From contig NC_086097.1 in the NCBI RefSeq assembly GCF_963921235.1, positions 65,288,001 through 65,352,000 on the forward strand: DNA of 64,000 nucleotides. The letters are read 5' to 3'. The DNA is from Mobula hypostoma. Its lineage: Eukaryota. The notes under the pieces are model-generated. The model did no database searches. It saw nothing but the letters and a program-made list of their open reading frames with translations, and had not been told where the DNA came from. Positions 60,650 to 64,000 of this stretch are shown piece after piece. Every line of letters begins with the position of its first letter. Positions within the stretch are counted from its first letter, which is position 1. The position numbers were made by a program, and so were the translations under genes.

Positions 60650-62997
60650 TCACATACTTCACATACTTACTGGAATCTACCATTAGAATAGTTCTTTCGG
60701 AGGGGGGGGGGTTTAATTTCAAACTTTCCTGACAAATGAGTCTGAAAGGTAATACTGGTTTCAGTCAGAGTAGCATGCATAATTCTACCATAGATGACAA
60801 TATCTTGTAAAATGTAAGATTATACGCTACACGTAGACCTTACAGATGTCCACAGACTATCTCAGATATGAAAGTGACAGAAATTCCAAGATTGCGATGA
60901 AATGTGCCATAACAGGCGAGACCTTATTCTGCCACATAGTTGCCAGGAATTCAAACAATTAGTTTCTGCAGAAATTTCAATATCTGCCTTTCTAGAATGC
61001 TACTTAAATTAATATATGGCTTTCAGACTGATTCAAATGATACTGCAATTGAATTTGGAATCAATTTTTCTATCAATCTGATTTACTTTATTATTTGATA
61101 TGTAGATCTGTTTATTTATTGTAGCCATTCAGCCCATCAGTTCCCTGCCAGCACTCAACAGAGCAATCCCATTAACTGAGCTGTCATATCCTATGCTCTA
61201 ATTAGTAAATCCCATTAGTCCTAGCTCTCTTATACCCCTGCAACTTACTGATTTCATATGCCTTTCAAATGTACTTTTTACATTATGCCTAATAAAATGC
61301 TGTCCTCAGCACTTTGTGCTTTCTTTCATATTTCCAGCATCTGCATGACTATAATTCTGTACAAATTAATAATGAAGCCAGCTATCTCCTTATTATCTAC
61401 ACTGAATCTCACCAAAATTGAATTTATCTTGACCCCCATTTCTGAACAATAAGGCAGTTTCACCAGCCCTTCTGGATTCCCACATCTCATTTTATAAGCT
61501 TTTTGAAAATTGGCAAGTGTTAACATGCATTTACGTCAAAATAACTAACTTGCAGCCAAGTTCAAGATTCCAGGCACCTCCATAAAGCTTCAAATAACTC
61601 ATATACCATGAGGTGCCCTTGGACTATTCGTGCTGAAGAGCTTTTGGTAGTACAGCCTTCTTGATTAGGAAAGGCATTATTTTGTATAGTAAACCAAACA
61701 AAGGCTTTCCTTTTTCACCCCCTCCACTATAGTCATTTTGTTGATATAGTAAAATGATATCATATAAACATAAATTATTTATTGCTTTTTTTACAAGGGT
61801 ACCATTGGATTATAGCAGTTCAAAGGCTCTACATAATAGTGCTTTAATTTATACCAATTTATTAGAGTTGGTGTCTGTAAACATAATGTAAACTCATAAG
61901 CTAAATGATTACATATCACACTAGACAAATTGTTTTAGCACCTGGTAGTTTACATAAATAGAATAACAAGTGATAGCATACATCCCTGGACTGCATTTGA
62001 ATGCCTTTCTGGTGAATTGCTGCTCTATAGCATACTGAATAATTGCTGTGCTTTGATAATATAACATATGCAATCTAAATAATATTTTGCAAGCCTTTTC
62101 ACCTACTTTGGCAATTGCTTAAGCCAGCCATTCAGATAATGCACCACCATATCAATAGAGTTCTTTTCTACCACTTAATGACACTGCTATGAATCAGCTT
62201 CATTTTTGTTCTTAATCATTTTAGCTGGTTATGCATTCTAAATTAGATGTTACTGCAATAGAGAATAGCTGTTGATGGACGAGAGTGTGGAAGTGCATGG
62301 GCAAATATAGAATTCCCCAAGTTGCAACACTCCCTTATATTAACAGTTCCATAGAATACTGGAGAATACAGAGTCATTCAGTATATTTTGTAACCTTCAA
62401 AATTTTTTGTAAGATGATTTACATCTGTTACAGTCCATTCTTCTTTTGCGGCCAACAATAGTGAGCTGCTTATATCTTCATAATTAGACATTTCTAACTC
62501 CCACTTCCATCGGAAATCTCATTATTCAAACTGATTTTCCTTCATCAATTCTTCCAAAATATAATCCATCATATTATTCAATACTGCGTTATATTGAGCA
62601 TGCATTTGTCATGTCATTATATATTCATTCTTCTACAATTTGTCATAATCAGTCACAAATTTTGCATATCCTTCCTCACCTATTTAAAGAGTTATGAGCC
62701 AACATCAATATTGCTCCCTCAATCACCATTTATATATAGTAAATAACAAAACAATGAACATTATTCAGGACAATTTTGGTTTCAGAAACTAGTCCTCTGT
62801 CACTGGGCCCAGATTTTGCTGGTAAATAGCACCTGCATCACACAAAACACTGGAATTTATCACCATTAGTGTGCATACACTTCCAGGCTCCAAAACAAAT
62901 TCCCAAACTTGCTGGTTGAGCTATCCATGCCATTTCCTGGCTCTGTCTTGACAAAAAACTCCGTATCTTGTAGTGGAGCTGGATTGCTTAAAATCAA

Positions 62998-63553
62998 TAG
63001 ACCCCAAGATATTGGAGCAGAATTACGCCATTTGGCCCATCAAGTCTGCTCCACCATTTCATCATCCAATTTTCACCTCAGCCCCCATTTCCTGCCTTCT
63101 CCCCATATCCCTTCATGCCCAGGCCAATCAAGACTCTATCAACCTCTGCCTTAAATATACATAAAGACATGGCCTCCACAGCTGCCTGTGACAAAGAATT
63201 CCACAGATTCCCCACTCTCTAGCTAAAATATCTCCATTCTAAAAGGACTCCTCCACCAAAAGAAACATCCTCTCCACATCCACTCTATCAAGACCCTTCA
63301 CTATTCAATAGGTTTCAATGAGGTCACCCCTCATTCTTCTGAATTCTAGTGAATACAGGCCCAGAGCCATCAGACACTCTTCATATCCATTCAATCCTAG
63401 AATGATTTTCGTGAACCTCTTTTGAATCCCCTCCAGTTTCAACACATCCTTTCTATGATAAGGGGCCCAAATCTGCTCACAATCCTCCAAGCGAGGCCAC
63501 ACCAGTGCTTTATAACATCTCAACATTACATCCTTGCTATTATGTTCTAGTCC
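62998..63553 (-). mobile_element. CR1 LINE 3' fragment
   Basis: YKALVWPRLEDCEQIWAP..LGLYSLEFRRMRGDLIETY plus tail. Confidence 0.9.
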
Positions 63554-64000
63554 CTGGCACTTTTATTTTGGAATTCTGGAATCCTGGAACTTTATATTGC
63601 CTGGCACTTTTGTTGTGAAATCTGCCGTTATATCATAGGCAGGTTTACCTTTTTAAATATTGTTTTCTTCATGGCTTATTTGAATTTATTTATTCTTTTG
63701 TTTCTCAAAAATTATTATTTTTTGAAAAATAATTATTTCATTTGAGCAGATTTTAATCGTCATAAAAAGTCAGTCTCATTCAAAAGCAATTAACAGCTCT
63801 TACCCCTTTGATGTATGGCAAATTTGAGGGAGCTGGTTTTTCTGGCTGTCAAAGACAAGAAGACTAAGTTCTCAGCAGACATTATTCTGATCCACTCAGG
63901 GTGTCAATATTTGACCTCATGATCTGGATAAGCAAGTTTACTTACAGATTCAGCTGAAGCAATTTTCTGCAAATGGTGACTATGGGTAGAGTGTTGGGCT

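Overview
Vertebrate nuclear DNA. The repeat repertoire (V-SINE/HE1-like SINEs, HER1/CR1 LINEs, Rex1/Babar, HERO, Penelope, Charlie, Tigger) points to a cartilaginous fish, probably a ray; this is inference. No intact host protein-coding exon is visible, and the long ORFs in the track are transposon ORFs or their antisense shadows. Roughly half the window is transposon-derived, often deeply nested with recoverable TSDs/TIRs. Elements include a Tigger relic holding a Penelope element with a minimal hammerhead ribozyme, a full-span Charlie hAT, an internally deleted Gypsy with both LTRs, a near full-length CR1, a HERO element broken by three insertions, and four young Rex1 copies. Two minus-strand non-coding exon candidates (7945-8108 and 675 to the window start) suggest the window is 5'UTR intron sequence of a large gene. 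From memory, the first 675 nt resemble the MBD5 5'UTR; this needs a BLAST check. I found no demonstrably new biological system. The best leads are the hammerhead motifs, the uAUG-rich 5'UTR and several chimeric non-autonomous elements.
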